From NCBI GenBank assembly GCA_037139195.1, contig JBAXGW010000006.1:9232-73231 (forward strand): a stretch of 64,000 bases of DNA, written 5' to 3'. Source of the stretch: Bacteroidota bacterium. GTDB lineage: Bacteria; Bacteroidota; Bacteroidia; Bacteroidales; JAHJDW01. Positions within the stretch are counted from its first letter, which is position 1. Each line of letters opens with the position of its first letter. Of the stretch, positions 1 through 13,500 are shown in pieces. Under the pieces are notes generated by a model, which did not search any database, was not told the DNA's origin, and saw only the letters and a program-made list of their open reading frames with translations. Both the position numbers and the translations under genes were made by a program.

Positions 1-1
1 T

Positions 2-3000
2 CCTTCTTTTACTAATAGCTCTGCGGATGATTACACTATTAGTGCTTGTTCAAATTGTAAAGGAGCTGGTACTGCTGCTGGTGCTCCTGCAACCGACTTA
101 GCTGGAACGGCTCGTCCTAATCCTCCAAGTATCGGATGTTATGAGGCCTCAAATACTTCAACTTCATACGTATGGAATGGAGGAACATCAGGTGCATGGA
201 CAACTTCCAGCAATTGGACTCCTAATGGAGTTCCTGGCTCAAGTTGTTTAGATCAAGTAACATTTAATACTGGTCAGACTATTACAGTAACAGCTGTCCC
301 AACGTCAACTGTCGCCTCTTTAACAGTAAATACTAATACAAATGTTATGCTTAGAAATACTGTTAGTAGTACTACTCTTTCTGTTGGAGATGGTTCTGGA
401 GCTGATTTGTCTGTTACAAGCGGTTCAACTCTTATATTAGATTATAATACATCTAATTCTGCCAGCATGACATTAGTTTCTGGATCAACTGGTTCTATTG
501 CTGGAACCTTAGCAGTAAATGGAACGGGGACAAACACTGGTGCAACTTATACCTCAACTGGAACTACAACTATTTCAGGAACCTACAATCATGCTAGAGA
601 TGGTGGAACAATTCCAACCGCCACATGGAGTAGTGGTGCAACTTGTGATATACAAGGAATGACAAATAATGCTCCTTCTGATTTAACTCAAACATTTCAT
701 CATTTAAAATTCAGTACATCTACATTGGCAACTAAAGTACCACTAGGTGCAATTACAACCAATGGCGATTTAACAATTTCTTTGACTTTTTCTGGCTCCA
801 ACAATCTTTGTATCACTAATTCTGCAAGTGCTTACACATGGAATATTGGTGGTAATTTAAATTATACTTCATCTGCAGGAACTTTTAATTTTGCTTGTGC
901 ATCTGTTTCTGGAACAGGTTCTCCAAATAATACAGTGAATGTTACTGGTAATTTTGCAATGACAGGTGGTGCTTCTTTAGACTTTATAAATACAGGTGGC
1001 ACAGAAACAGGTACAACTCAAACATTAAATGTAGGAGGGAATTTTACTCATTCCGCTGGTACAATAACTACATCTAAAGTTCAAACATGTGTTATTAATT
1101 TTAATGGAACAAGTACCCAGATTATTGAGTCAACAGGACAAACTAATGCAATTACATTTAAAACAACACAAACTGGGGCAAGTGCAAAAGTATTGGTAAA
1201 CGACGCAAAAACCTTTACATTAGGTTCTTCAAGTACATTTACTGTTCAGAACAATGCAAGTAATAATACAGAATTAGAAATTGGAACGGGAACTACTGGT
1301 ATTTTTAATAATACAAATGCTACTGCTGGATCTTTAACTGTTAATGCAAGTGCGTTAGTAAAAGTATTTGCTGGAGCTCAGCTTAAAACCTATTCAACTA
1401 TTACTAATAATGGCTCATTTACTATTGATGGTACTTATGAACACTTAGTAAATGGAGGTACTATTCCAACAGCAACTTGGGCTGCTTCCTCTACTTGCTT
1501 AATAACAGGTGTTGCAGGGTCTAATGCTGTTTCTGGAATAGGCGGGCAAACATTTGGAAATTTCACATGGAATTGGACCTCATTAACATCTACTGCGAAT
1601 GTATCTTTAGCAGTAACAGGAAATGTTGTTGTTCAAGGAAATCTAACATGGACGGGTCATGCATCTGGCTATTATGTGGCATTTTGGGGAGCTGGAAATC
1701 ATACATTAGATATTTATGGCGACTTAATTGTTAACAGTGCAAACTCAAATTTAAGATTTCAAAATTCTGCGGGTGCAGGTGGCGAAACAAATATTATCAA
1801 TTTAAAAGGAAATTTTAATCATTCTGCTGGAATTATTAATTATGTAAACTCAAGTTCATTTTTAGCCTTTAATTTTAATGGAACATCTCAACAAACTTTC
1901 ACCTCTACTGGAACTCTAACAAATACACACACCAACTGGACTGTTAATAGTGGCGCAACACTTCTTTTAGCTAGCGATTTACCTGTTGCTGCAAGTAGAA
2001 CAGCAACTATAACAGGAACCTTGATTTGTGGTACTGGGGCAGCGCAGAAAAATGTTACTGGTGGTGGTTCTTTTGTTTTAAGTAATGCAAGCACAGCAAC
2101 ACTGAAAATCACAAATTCAACAGATGGAATAACATCAGCTGTTGGAACTGCTACTGGTAACATTAGAACAACAACAGCTCGAACATTTAATACAGGGGCA
2201 AATTACTATTACATGGGAAATGCCGCTCAAATTTCTGGAACAGGTTTGCCTGCAACAGTTAATAATTTAACTATTGATAATACCTCTGGAGTTACACTCA
2301 CATCTGCGGTAACTGTTGCAGGGATCTTAGCCTTAACAAATGGAATTTTAACTAGCGGAACAACTCCTTTAGTTTATGTGTCAAACACCTCAACAAGCGC
2401 CATTACAGGTGCTTCTTCTTCAAACTATGTTGATGGTCCTTTGAAGTGGCTAATGTCCAATACTTTTGGAGATACTTATATTTTCCCAATTGGAAAAGGT
2501 GGAAGTTATTATCCGTTCACAATTTCTAGTCATACTAGCACTTCACAAGCTCCTACAGTTGAAGTGTTCAATTCTGGGTCAGGTGGTTCTGGTATGTTGC
2601 TTAGTTCAACTGAATATTGGAAAGTAATATATTCTGCAGGTGCTATGTCTGCTGGAATTGTGAAACTAGAACGCCCAACTGCAATTACAGGTTATTCTGT
2701 TGTTGGTAGGTGTGCAACTGGTGCAACAGGATCTTACTCTACTTTAGGTGGTTCAATAAGTGGAAATTCTATAACATCTACTTCTTCTGTTGGAACTGTT
2801 ACTGGAAATACAGAATATTATGCTATGGCTGCGCCTTGTCCTAGTTATAGTGGAACAATTACAGTTGGTCCAACTGGAACGTTTACTGATTTAACTCAAG
2901 CTATAATAAATTTAACAAATTGTGGTTATACAGGAAATATTGTTCTTGAACTTCAGTCGAACTATTCATGTGCTTCAGAAACATTTCCAATTACATTTGC

Positions 3001-6000
3001 TTCCACTATAGGTTCAAGTGCGGCTAAAACTATAACGGTTAGACCTGCTACTGGTGCAAATGGACTTTCAATTACTTCATCAAACACAACAGGAACTTTA
3101 TTGTTTAATGGTGCCGATTATATTTATTTTGATGGAAGTCCGGGTGCTTTAAGAACTATGTCGAATGCTAATAATTTAAGTATAATTAATACATACAACA
3201 CTAGTTCTGCTGCTTATGCAGTAAAATATGTTGGTGATGCAACTTATAACAAATTAGAATATTGTAATGTTAGAAGTAATGCTTCTACAGCTACTAGCGG
3301 AACAATATGGTTTAGTACTGGATCTTCAACCGGAAATGAATTTAATGAGGTTAATTACTGTGAAATATATAAAGAAACAGCAACTCCAACTAATGCTATT
3401 TATGCACTAGGAGATGCTACTGTTAATAATAATATTACAATTGATCATAATTATATTTACGACTTTTTTAGTGCTAGTTTTGCTTCAAATGGCATGTTGT
3501 TAAGTGACTACAACACTGATTGGAGCATTACAAATAATAAATTTTATCAAACAGCAACAAGAACCCAAACTTCTTCAGTTCAACATAGTGCTGTTTTTAT
3601 TACTTATACACTAAGTGCAGGAAGTTCGTTTTTAGTTAATGGAAATACAATTGGCTACAGCGCTTCCAATTCTACAGGAACATATACTTTTGTTGGAAAC
3701 AGCTCTGCTGGCTCTCGTTTTATCCCAATTTATTTAAAAGTTGGCACAACTGCTTCTACTGTGAAATCTAATACAATTACTAATATAACAATAAGTGTAG
3801 CAACTAATAGTGTAAATCAGGCTTTGCCTGGAACTTTTGCTGGAATTGCTGTTTTGGCGGGAGCTGTTAACATTGGCGCAACTGGCGAACCTAATACAAT
3901 TGGCTCAACTTCTGGTACAGGAGCTATAACTTATTATTCTGGAACTTCAGGAAATTATTGGTATGGTATTTATTCTAACTCTACTTCAACTGTTGATATT
4001 AGTTATAATAATATTGGAGGAATAGCCACTCATGCTTCAACTGGCGCTACTATAAATTATTTGTTTTATGGCATTTACACTCATTCTACAAATTCTGGGG
4101 CAACAACAATTTCATACAATAATATAGGAAGCTCTACTCAGTCAAATTCAATATCAATTGGTGTTAATGGAACTACTACTTCTGGTGTTTGTAGTTTGTA
4201 CGGAATTTACAATAGATCAACTGGAACCGCTACAATTACATATAATGCTATTGAAAATTTAACAGTTTATGGAACAGGGGCTTCGAAAATATATGGAATT
4301 TCAAACGAAGCCAGTGCTGCTACTTCTAGTATAAGCAATAATACACTTTCAACTTTTGCAACTCAATCAACTGGTACGTCTGTATCTGCTACAATAACCG
4401 CTATCTTAAATATAGCAGCTGCTACAATAGGCATTTCTAATAACTCAATCACTTCAATGACATTGCATAATGGTTATTTCACAGGGATAATTGATAATGC
4501 AGCTGCATCTGGAACTCATACCATTTCATCGAATACTATAGGATCTGCCTCTGCTGATAATATTAGTATTTCTACAGCAGCTGCTGGAACTCATTATGGT
4601 ATTTATATTCAAAGTACTGGAACCTATTCAATCACAAATAATACAATACAAAATATTACATCATCAGGAAATCCTGGTGCTGCACTCAGTATGTATGGAA
4701 TAAATTGTCTTAGTACAGGTGCATATACAGTTACAAGTAATACAATTAAAAATATAAAAATCACAAGCACTGCTGATTGGAGCAATATAGTGTGCGGAAT
4801 TTATTTTGCATACAGTGGTGGTTATGCTAATTCTAGTACTACTTGTAATAAAAACAGAATTGTAAATTTGGTTAATGCTGCTACGAGAGGGTCTAACTTT
4901 CCAAGTATTTATGGCATTTCTTATAATGGATATGGATCAGGAACGCATCCATTAACAAATAATTTTGTGCTTATTGATAATGAAAGCAATACAAATTCAG
5001 TAACTATTGTTGGTATTAATCCAGGCGTTCATGGTACAGGTCCCACAGTTTACATGTACTATAATACGGTTGTTATTGGTGGAAGTGATGTTGGAGCTGG
5101 AAACACTGCAATTTGGGCTTATTGTACTGATGTATCTGGTACTTATGCTGCTTTGTATGTGAAAAATAATATTTTCAAAAATACCAGAACTTCAACAAAT
5201 AATTCAGCAAGAACAACAATTGTAAAATACAATTCTACTTCAAATTATTATAATTCACCTTCTTATGCTGCTCCATTTGTTTCTAATTATGGTTGGGCTA
5301 CAAATGCTTCCTATTATACAACTACAAATGGAGGAACAAATACAACAGCAAATGCATGGCGTGGACTATCAATTTGTTCAGGAGAAACTAATAATGATAA
5401 CTCTTCTACAATAACAATTAATACTGATGCATCCTTAAGCACTGCTGATTTAGTAACGGTATATACTGCTGCTGATGTTCATACAGTTGTAACTGATGAT
5501 ATTAATGGAACTATTGCTTTAAGAAATACAACCCCATATACAAATACGCATAGAGGATGTTACGAAGGTCCAATTCAATATTATTGGGTTGGTGGCTCTG
5601 GAAATTGGAGTAATTATACTACGCACTGGTCTAATTCATCTGGAGGTGCTCCAAATGCAAGCACTGTTCCAACCTCGGCAGACGATGTTCATTTTGATGC
5701 AAGTTCAGGAGGCGGCACTGCTACTATTGATGCTACTGCATATTGTAATAATTTTATTGGCACGGGATACGCAGGCATTCTTGCAATAGGAGCTAATACA
5801 ATAAACGTAAGTGGATATGCAACAATGCCTCATACATGTACAATTTCTACTGGAATTTTAAATGTTGATGGAAACTTTGATGCTACTGGTGGAACAATCA
5901 CTGCTAGTGGCGCAGCTGCTATAAACCTTGCAGGTTCAACTATTACTAGCCTTGGCACATTCAACTATTCTACAAGCACAGTAACATTAGATGGTTCTGC

Positions 6001-7252
6001 TCAATCATTTCCAGCTTCTACTGTTTATAATTTAACTAGTGCAGGTTCTGGAACAAAAACATTGGCAGGGGCTGTTAATGTAAGAAATATACTTAATTTT
6101 TCAGCGGATACTAAAATTGCAACAGGAGCAAATACTTTAACAATTGGAGTTTCGGGCAGTGCTAATGGAAGTATAACTGGACAAAGTTCTGTGCGCTATA
6201 TTATAGCTTATGACAACGCAGGAACAATAGGTAGTTTAAAAAGATATATTACCTCAAATTCAACATATATATATCCAATTGGCGACGCAACACATTATAC
6301 TCCTTTAACGTTTAAGTTAAATAGCAATGCAGGTTTGTCAAGTGCCGATTTAACCGTTTACACTAAGGCAGAGAAAGTAACTGGGCTTAATGGTTCTATT
6401 ACAAATTATATAGATAGATTCTGGCGTTATACGCAAACTGGAATGACTACCCCTAATTACGATTTGACATTGATTTATGATGCTTCTGATATTCATGCCG
6501 GAACTGATGCAAGCAAATTGCTTCCAATAAAGAGAAGTGGCAGCACATGGTACGTGCCAACTTCCTCTACTTTATTAACTGGTGTTACAGTTGAAGGAAC
6601 TTCTACTGGAACCGATTTTACTACAAATACTTTAAAATGGAACGGACTTTCTACTTTTAGCGATGCTGGTGGGGCAGGCGACCAAAGTGCATCGTTACCT
6701 GTAAGTTTGTTATCATTTAATGCAGAATGTAATGAATATACTGCTGAGTTAGAATGGAAAACAGCATCAGAGTTGAATAATAATTTCTTTTCAGTTGAGC
6801 GAAGTTATGATATGCAACAATGGGTTACTATTGGAAATGTAAACTCAAAAGGTAACTCAAATTCAATTCAATCATATCAGCTTTCTGATAATACGGTTGA
6901 TTTTAATTATCAAACAATTTTTTATCGTTTATCTCAAACAGATTTTGATGGTCAATTTGAAGTTTTCAATCCAATAGCTTTAAGTTGTAAAGACAAAGAA
7001 TTATTTGAAATAATATCAGTGGATAAAGATGGCTCTAGTTTATCTATAATATATAATGGAGTGATTGATGAAAGTATTAGTATAATGCTTTATACAGTTG
7101 CAGGTCAACAGATTTTTAATAAAAATATTATATCCAAAAAAGGAACAAATAAATATTATATCAGAGATATTGATTTTAAACCTGGTGTATATATGTTGAT
7201 GTTAGAAACCTCCGACAAAGTATTGTCCAAGAAGCTTCTTATAAAAGAGTAA
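2..7252 (+). CDS. Giant T9SS-secreted surface protein (beta-helix modules, C-terminal sorting domain); 5' end lies outside the window
   Basis: The frame of the 347..7252 ORF is open back to position 2 (PSFTNSSADDYT...PSIGCYE...VWNGGTSGAW), so the ATG at 347 is internal. Thr/Ser/Gly/Asn-rich with parallel beta-helix-like repeats. Ends in LPVSLLSF..LEWKTASE..YRLSQTDFDG and a CTD (GVYMLML...KKLLIKE). Confidence 0.85.
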   Translation, partial: PSFTNSSADDYTISACSNCKGAGTAAGAPATDLAGTARPNPPSIGCYEASNTSTSYVWNGGTSGAWTTSSNWTPNGVPGSSCLDQVTFNTGQTITVTAVPTSTVASLTVNTNTNVMLRNTVSSTTLSVGDGSGADLSVTSGSTLILDYNTSNSASMTLVSGSTGSIAGTLAVNGTGTNTGATYTSTGTTTISGTYNHARDGGTIPTATWSSGATCDIQGMTNNAPSDLTQTFHHLKFSTSTLATKVPLGAITTNGDLTISLTFSGSNNLCITNSASAYTWNIGGNLNYTSSAGTFNFACASVSGTGSPNNTVNVTGNFAMTGGASLDFINTGGTETGTTQTLNVGGNFTHSAGTITTSKVQTCVINFNGTSTQIIESTGQTNAITFKTTQTGASAKVLVNDAKTFTLGSSSTFTVQNNASNNTELEIGTGTTGIFNNTNATAGSLTVNASALVKVFAGAQLKTYSTITNNGSFTIDGTYEHLVNGGTIPTATWAASSTCLITGVAGSNAVSGIGGQTFGNFTWNWTSLTSTANVSLAVTGNVVVQGNLTWTGHASGYYVAFWGAGNHTLDIYGDLIVNSANSNLRFQNSAGAGGETNIINLKGNFNHSAGIINYVNSSSFLAFNFNGTSQQTFTSTGTLTNTHTNWTVNSGATLLLASDLPVAASRTATITGTLICGTGAAQKNVTGGGSFVLSNASTATLKITNSTDGITSAVGTATGNIRTTTARTFNTGANYYYMGNAAQISGTGLPATVNNLTIDNTSGVTLTSAVTVAGILALTNGILTSGTTPLVYVSNTSTSAITGASSSNYVDGPLKWLMSNTFGDTYIFPIGKGGSYYPFTISSHTSTSQAPTVEVFNSGSGGSGMLLSSTEYWKVIYSAGAMSAGIVKLERPTAITGYSVVGRCATGATGSYSTLGGSISGNSITSTSSVGTVTGNTEYYAMAAPCPSYSGTITVGPTGTFTDLTQAIINLTNCGYTGNIVLELQSNYSCASETFPITFASTIGSSAAKTITVRPATGANGLSITSSNTTGTLLFNGADYIYFDGSPGALRTMSNANNLSIINTYNTSSAAYAVKYVGDATYNKLEYCNVRSNASTATSGTIWFSTGSSTGNEFNEVNYCEIYKETATPTNAIYALGDATVNNNITIDHNYIYDFFSASFASNGMLLSDYNTDWSITNNKFYQTATRTQTSSVQHSAVFITYTLSAGSSFLVNGNTIGYSASNSTGTYTFVGNSSAGSRFIPIYLKVGTTASTVKSNTITNITISVATNSVNQALPGTFAGIAVLAGAVNIGATGEPNTIGSTSGTGAITYYSGTSGNYWYGIYSNSTSTVDISYNNIGGIATHASTGATINYLFYGIYTHSTNSGATTISYNNIGSSTQSNSISIGVNGTTTSGVCSLYGIYNRSTGTATITYNAIENLTVYGTGASKIYGISNEASAATSSISNNTLSTFATQSTGTSVSATITAILNIAAATIGISNNSITSMTLHNGYFTGIIDNAAASGTHTISSNTIGSASADNISISTAAAGTHYGIYIQSTGTYSITNNTIQNITSSGNPGAALSMYGINCLSTGAYTVTSNTIKNIKITSTADWSNIVCGIYFAYSGGYANSSTTCNKNRIVNLVNAATRGSNFPSIYGISYNGYGSGTHPLTNNFVLIDNESNTNSVTIVGINPGVHGTGPTVYMYYNTVVIGGSDVGAGNTAIWAYCTDVSGTYAALYVKNNIFKNTRTSTNNSARTTIVKYNSTSNYYNSPSYAAPFVSNYGWATNASYYTTTNGGTNTTANAWRGLSICSGETNNDNSSTITINTDASLSTADLVTVYTAADVHTVVTDDINGTIALRNTTPYTNTHRGCYEGPIQYYWVGGSGNWSNYTTHWSNSSGGAPNASTVPTSADDVHFDASSGGGTATIDATAYCNNFIGTGYAGILAIGANTINVSGYATMPHTCTISTGILNVDGNFDATGGTITASGAAAINLAGSTITSLGTFNYSTSTVTLDGSAQSFPASTVYNLTSAGSGTKTLAGAVNVRNILNFSADTKIATGANTLTIGVSGSANGSITGQSSVRYIIAYDNAGTIGSLKRYITSNSTYIYPIGDATHYTPLTFKLNSNAGLSSADLTVYTKAEKVTGLNGSITNYIDRFWRYTQTGMTTPNYDLTLIYDASDIHAGTDASKLLPIKRSGSTWYVPTSSTLLTGVTVEGTSTGTDFTTNTLKWNGLSTFSDAGGAGDQSASLPVSLLSFNAECNEYTAELEWKTASELNNNFFSVERSYDMQQWVTIGNVNSKGNSNSIQSYQLSDNTVDFNYQTIFYRLSQTDFDGQFEVFNPIALSCKDKELFEIISVDKDGSSLSIIYNGVIDESISIMLYTVAGQQIFNKNIISKKGTNKYYIRDIDFKPGVYMLMLETSDKVLSKKLLIKE

Positions 7253-7459
7253 AATCTTATAGTCGAAATATGCTAATGCAGTATTTGCTTAGTGTTTTAT
7301 CTTAATTTATCTCCTAATCTTGTTTCTTTATTTTAGTCCTTTTGATTCAAATTAAAAATATTTTTGATGTATTGTGATTTCATAGAAATAAATTATGAAT
7401 TTGAATTATTTTAACTTATATTAAGTAAATTATACGATAAAATGCGTTAGATAATATAT

Positions 7460-7467
7460 TATCTTTG
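7460..7467 (+). promoter_or_regulatory. Bacteroidota sigma-A -7 element
   Basis: TATCTTTG matches TAnnTTTG, ~80 bp upstream of ATG 7547. Confidence 0.5.
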
Positions 7468-7546
7468 TATTATGGTATAATAGTTTTTCAGCACACCACA
7501 TTTTTTGATTAAATATACCTGTTTCATTTTTTTTGAGATTTTTTTT

Positions 7547-10500
7547 ATGAAAAAACATATACTATATTCTATATTGTTGATAGTATTGCTATTATTTTAT
7601 TCTAAAATTAATGCAGCTAACTATTATATTACCACTACTGGTAGTGATGCCGCAACTGGTTTAGTTGGCTTTCCTAAAGCTACACTTGCTTCTGTTTTTT
7701 CTACCTATAATTTGGCAGCTGGCGATATTATTAATATTGCTGCAGGTACTTATACCGAAAAAGATATTACCATTGGAACTGACGACGAAGGTTTTACTAT
7801 TTTAGGTGCTGGTATCGGAAGCACTATTTTTGATAGCGACCAAACAGGACGTTGGCTTATTTTTAATAATGCAAATAACGACAATATTACAGTTCAGGGA
7901 ATTACAGTTAAAGATTATAAAAGTTCTGGAGCTGGCGGAGGGGCTGTTTATATGCTAAGTGGCACTAATGGAAATGCTTTTACAAGTATTAGATTTGAAA
8001 ACTGTGATACACCTGCTGGTTATGATGGTGGGGCTGTTTATTTAGATGGTAATACCATTGCATTTACTGGATGCACATTTACAGGTTGTGATGCCCCAAA
8101 TAGTGGAGTTTCTGGTGGTTATGGTGGCGCAATATACATGAGTAACACTGCTGCTGTTACTATTACTATATCTAAATGTATATTTAGTAGTAATTCATCG
8201 AGATATGGTTCTGCAATTGGAGCATATACTGGTTCTATGGTGCTTACTATGACAATAACGAATTCTTTGTTTTATAAAAACAATTCCACTTCTAATGGAA
8301 CAATATATGTTGAAAGTCCTCGTTGGTCTGCAGTTGATATTATTAATACAACAATAGCTTACAATACTTCTACTGGAAATGCTGGATATATTTCGTATGC
8401 AACATATGCTCAAGCGATGAGCACTTTGACAAACGTACTGGGCTATCAAAATACCGGTTATGATTATTATAACATGGGAATTGAGCCAACAATTCCATTA
8501 AATAATTGTTATTATGAAACTGTATCGTCTTTTTTTACATCCACTAGTTGTGTTGTCGGCGGCACTCCTTCTTTTACAGATAATTCAACGGATAATTATA
8601 CTTTACTCACAGGTTCATCATGTAAAAATACGGGAACAGCATCTGGAGCTCCTTCCGATGATCTTTTAAGTGCAACTCGCGATGCAACTCCAGATATTGG
8701 ATGTTATGAATATATTCCAACTACATATTACTCAAAAAATGGAGTTGCTCCAAATTTAATAACTAGTTGGAATTCCAACAGAGATGGAACTTCTGGAAGT
8801 GCACCTACCAATTTTACAACTGGAGAAATATTTGTTGTTCAGGGTACTGCTTCTGGTTATGGTGGCGCACATACTATGACAACCAGTGCCACTTGGACAG
8901 TTTCTGGGACAGGTTCTAAGGTTGTAATTGAAGGAGGTGGTACTTTACAAGCAGATCACCTAATTACATTAGCTGCTGCTACTACTTTTCAAATGGATGC
9001 ATCAGCAACATATATTCATAATCATACTACTGCTGCTGCTCCAACTTTTGCAGGAACAGAATCTTTCAATTCTGCTGCAGTAATCGAGGTGAAAAATTGC
9101 CAAACTACTGCTGGTGAAGTGTTAACATGGAGTGCTGCTTGTACTGGAGGATTCCCTAGTATCAACTGGAACATTACTGCTGGAAACAACACCGCTTACT
9201 TATGGTCAGCTACAAGTACCAGCACTATTACAATTAATGGATATTTAACTATTACAAAAACTGGAACAAGCGGATCTGTTGCATTGGCTTCTAATAAGGA
9301 TCTTCAGGTGTTGAATGTATCTGGTAATTTTTCTGTTTTAGCTGGCACATTTTATTTGCAATCAACAGCCACTTCAGTAACTGGAACAATGTCTGTAACA
9401 GGGAATATTTCAGTTTCATCAGGAGCCACTTTTGATATATCTCCTGCTGGTACGGGCACAATGAACTTAAATGTTGGAGGAAATTTTACGGCTGCTGCAA
9501 GTTCATTTAAAAGTACTTCTATTGCTGCTACTTTAGTATTTAATAAATCTGGAACTCAAACTTGGAGCGCTCCTGATAATTATAATATTGCAACTGCCAC
9601 GATAAATTCAGGTTCTACAGTTCAATTACTTTCGGATTTCAGACTAAGTAAAACTGGGGCTGATTTTGTTGTTAGCAATGGCGCTACTTTAGTTTTTGGA
9701 ACAGGAAGTATAGATCAAACAAATAGTTTTAGAGTTAAAGTTAATCCAGGAGGAGCTGGAACTGAAACCTTTACTGTAGCTGCTGGTGGCACACTTAAAA
9801 TTACTAGCCCTGACGGTATTGTTGAGTCGCAAACAACTGGAAATGTTTTATCTGGAAGTGGATCTGCATCTTATTATTCATGGAATCAAGGTGCTTACTA
9901 TCATTATATTGGAGATGCCGCACAAACTACTGGAACTGCTTTGCCTACAACATTAACTGCTACTGGAGGGTTAGTTATTAATAATACTCAAGCAATAAAT
10001 TCTACTAATACAGGAGTAACACTATCGCAAGCAACTACAGTTTCAACTGGAACTGTTATATTAACCGCAGGAATTCTAACTACAGGCTCAACTCCATTGC
10101 TAACTATTACAAATACATCAACGAGTGCAATTTCTAACGGTTCTGCATCTGCTTATGTTAATGGCCCTATAAAATGGACAATGGCTTCAGCTGCTGGAGG
10201 CACTGGAGGCACATATATTTTTCCAACGGGTAAAGGAGGGAACTATTACCCATTAACAATTGCTGCAACTACCAATACATCTCAAGCACCTACTGTTGAA
10301 GCATTTTCTTCTGATTGCTATGGAACACCTCCATCAACTCATCATTTAAGTATGACAGAGTATTGGAAAGTTATATATTCTGCAGGCGCTATGACTGCTG
10401 GAACAGTTAAAATTCAAAGACCATCTGCATTAGGTGGTTTAAATGAAGTTTTAACATGTGCTACATCTAATGGATCATATGCCACATTAAACGGCTCTAC

Positions 10501-13500
10501 TTCTGGCACTTCAATAACTAGTACAACAGTTGGAACAGTTACTGGTCTAACTAAATATTACGTTATGGGCTCTACTTCTTGCCCAAGCTACAGTGGAACT
10601 ATTACAGTTGGTCCAACTGGAACTTTTCCTGATTTAACTCAGGCTATTATTAATTTAACAAGTTGTGGATATACAGGAAATATAATTCTTTCGCTTCAAT
10701 CTAATTATACATCTGCAAGCGAAACTTTTCCAATAACTTTTGGTAGTGGATTGGGATCAGGAGCGGCAAAAACTATTACTGTTCAGCCAGGAGCGGCTCA
10801 AGCAACAAGTATAAGTGGCAGCAATTCTGGAGGTTCAATTATTGTTATTGATAATGCCAATTATATAACCATAGAAGGTAGGCAGCTAAGTGGTGATGGT
10901 GTTACAAGTTATTTAACAGTTTCTAATACTGCAGCAGCCGCAGCTTCAAATAGAGCTATATTAATTCAAAATAATGCATCAAATAATACTATTAAATATT
11001 CAACAGTTAAGGCAGATAATAGTTCTACAACTGCTCCTACTGCAGGTGTTTTATTTATGGGAGTTGGTGCTTCGGGTAATAATACCATATCAATCAATAA
11101 TTGCACATTAACATACGCTACTGCTTCAACAGCTTGTTTAATAGTTAGTAATAATACAACAGGAACTAATACTTCTTGTACAATTTCAACCAATACGATT
11201 AAAGATTTTACAAATTATGGTATTTGGGGAAATACAGGAGTTAGTGCTTTTACAATTTCCACAAATCAAATATATCAATCAGCTGCTGCATATTCTACAA
11301 GTACTGTTGGTACTTATCTTGTTTATTTGAATTCAGGTACAAGTCATGATATTAATGGTAACTATTTAGGAGGTGCTGGTTCTAATTGCAGTTCTGCTGA
11401 TTATTTTACTGTAAATGCAAACGGAAATATTTATGGGGTTTATTTTGGCTCAATTACGGGTGCTGGAACTAATTATATCAGAAATAACACTATTAAATAT
11501 TTAAAGTCGGCTTCAACCTCAGCAGCATGTGCAGCCGCTGGTATTTATGTCAACAACCCTACTTCAGCAACTTTATACATTACAAAAAACACGATAGCAT
11601 ATATTAATACCAGTTCTTCTAGTACTTCAAGTGTTCATTATTCGGTTGGTATTGTTAGTGTTGGAACATGTTCTTCTTTGTCACTATACGTTAACAAGAA
11701 TACCGTTAGAGATATTGAAAATGGAATGGGGGGGTCGAGTTCTGCATATTTGTATGGAATTGACTTTGGAACTGCAACTTCTACTACTGTGTCTTATTTT
11801 TATAACAATTATATTAACTTAGATTACGGGGCTAATAGTTGTAGATTATATGGTATTAAAGCCAGTGCTGCATCATCAGTTTTTAATAACACCATTTATG
11901 TTAGGTCTACAGGGGCAAGTAATTATGATAACTATTGCCTTCAAATAGGAGGTACAGTTAATAATACCATTAAAAACAATATTTTCATTAATCCATCATC
12001 TACAGCTGGAACTACAACATTTGCTGCTACTATATATGTAAATGGTACAGGAGGAACACTAACTTCTACCAATAATTATTTCCAATATACTGGAACTAGT
12101 TCAACATGTGTTAATAAAAATGGAACAGCTAAAGATTATGCAACATGGGATTCAGAAACAGAGGCTAATGGTCAGAATAATACAGATGTAACGCTTAATT
12201 CTATTGGAAAATCTAGTCCTGTTTCAGGTCGAACTCAAAATTTAGGTGCCGATTTAAGAGCTGCTACTCCTGCTGTATCAGAGGATATAATTGATTTTTC
12301 AAGAAGTGATGCAACACCTTCTATAGGTTGTTATGAACACAATTGTACTACATCTTATTCAGATGCAATTAATGGAGGTCCTTATTATATTGGTACTACT
12401 GGTACATGGACATCATTAACTGCTGCTCTTTTCGATTTAAAACTTTGTATGACTGGTGCAACAACACTGGAGCTTCAATCTTCATATACAGATGCTAGTG
12501 AAACATTTCCCATTGATTTTAGTAATTTGCCAACAGATGCTGTGATTACCTTAACAATAAGACCTAAATCAGATGCTACAGGTTTGGTGATTTCTGAAAC
12601 TAATGCAACTGCAATTATTGATTATAATAATGTTGACTATGTTACAATTGATGGTCGTCCTGGTGGAGCTGGCATTACCTCTCAATTAACAATTGAAAAC
12701 TCAAATACAGGCGCTCCTGTTGTAAGATTTATAAATGATGCAACAAATAATAAATTAAAATATTGCACTGTTAGTGGAAGTTATTCAACAGGCTCTACAA
12801 TTTTATTTTCTACTACAACTCAAACATCTGGAAATGATGCAAATACAATCAGCAATAATACTATTCAAAAGTATTCGGGTCAAAATCATAAATATGCAAT
12901 TTATTCTGCAGGAACTGCCGCTAAAACAAACGATGGCAATATTATAACTGATAATAAAATAGTTGATTTTAAAACTAGTGGAGTAGCAGTTTCAAGTGAA
13001 TCAGACGCTTGGACTATTTCTGGAAACAGCTTTTATCAAACGGGAAGTCAAACTCCTAGTGAAGATTTCTATGTTATTAATATTAATGCTGGAAGTGGAT
13101 ATTCTGTAACAAATAATTTTATTGGCGGTCAAGCTATAACTTGTGGAGGTAGTGCTATGACAATTGCTACTTCTGTATATGAGTTCTATGGTATTACTTT
13201 TGGAGCTAGCTGTTCGGGCGGTAGCACAAATGTTGTTAGTGCTAATACTATTTCTAATATTGCCTTTACAACAACTACTACAGCTGCTACTTCTTTTATA
13301 GCTTTAAATTTAAACGGCTCAAGTAATTTCACTGTTGGTTCTAACAGCAATGCTAATATTATTGGAGCAAACTCAGGAACAGGAAGTATTTCTATAACAG
13401 ACAATGGCTCAGGTGCTAATGGAATGTATATGATATATATGAATTCTAGTGGTTCAAACAATATTAGTTATAATACTATTGGGTCAATATCCCTAGCCGG

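Noticed and set aside
347-349. ATG at 347 as start of the first giant ORF
   Set aside because: The frame is open to position 2 and encodes sequence homologous to the paralog, so the real start is upstream of the window.
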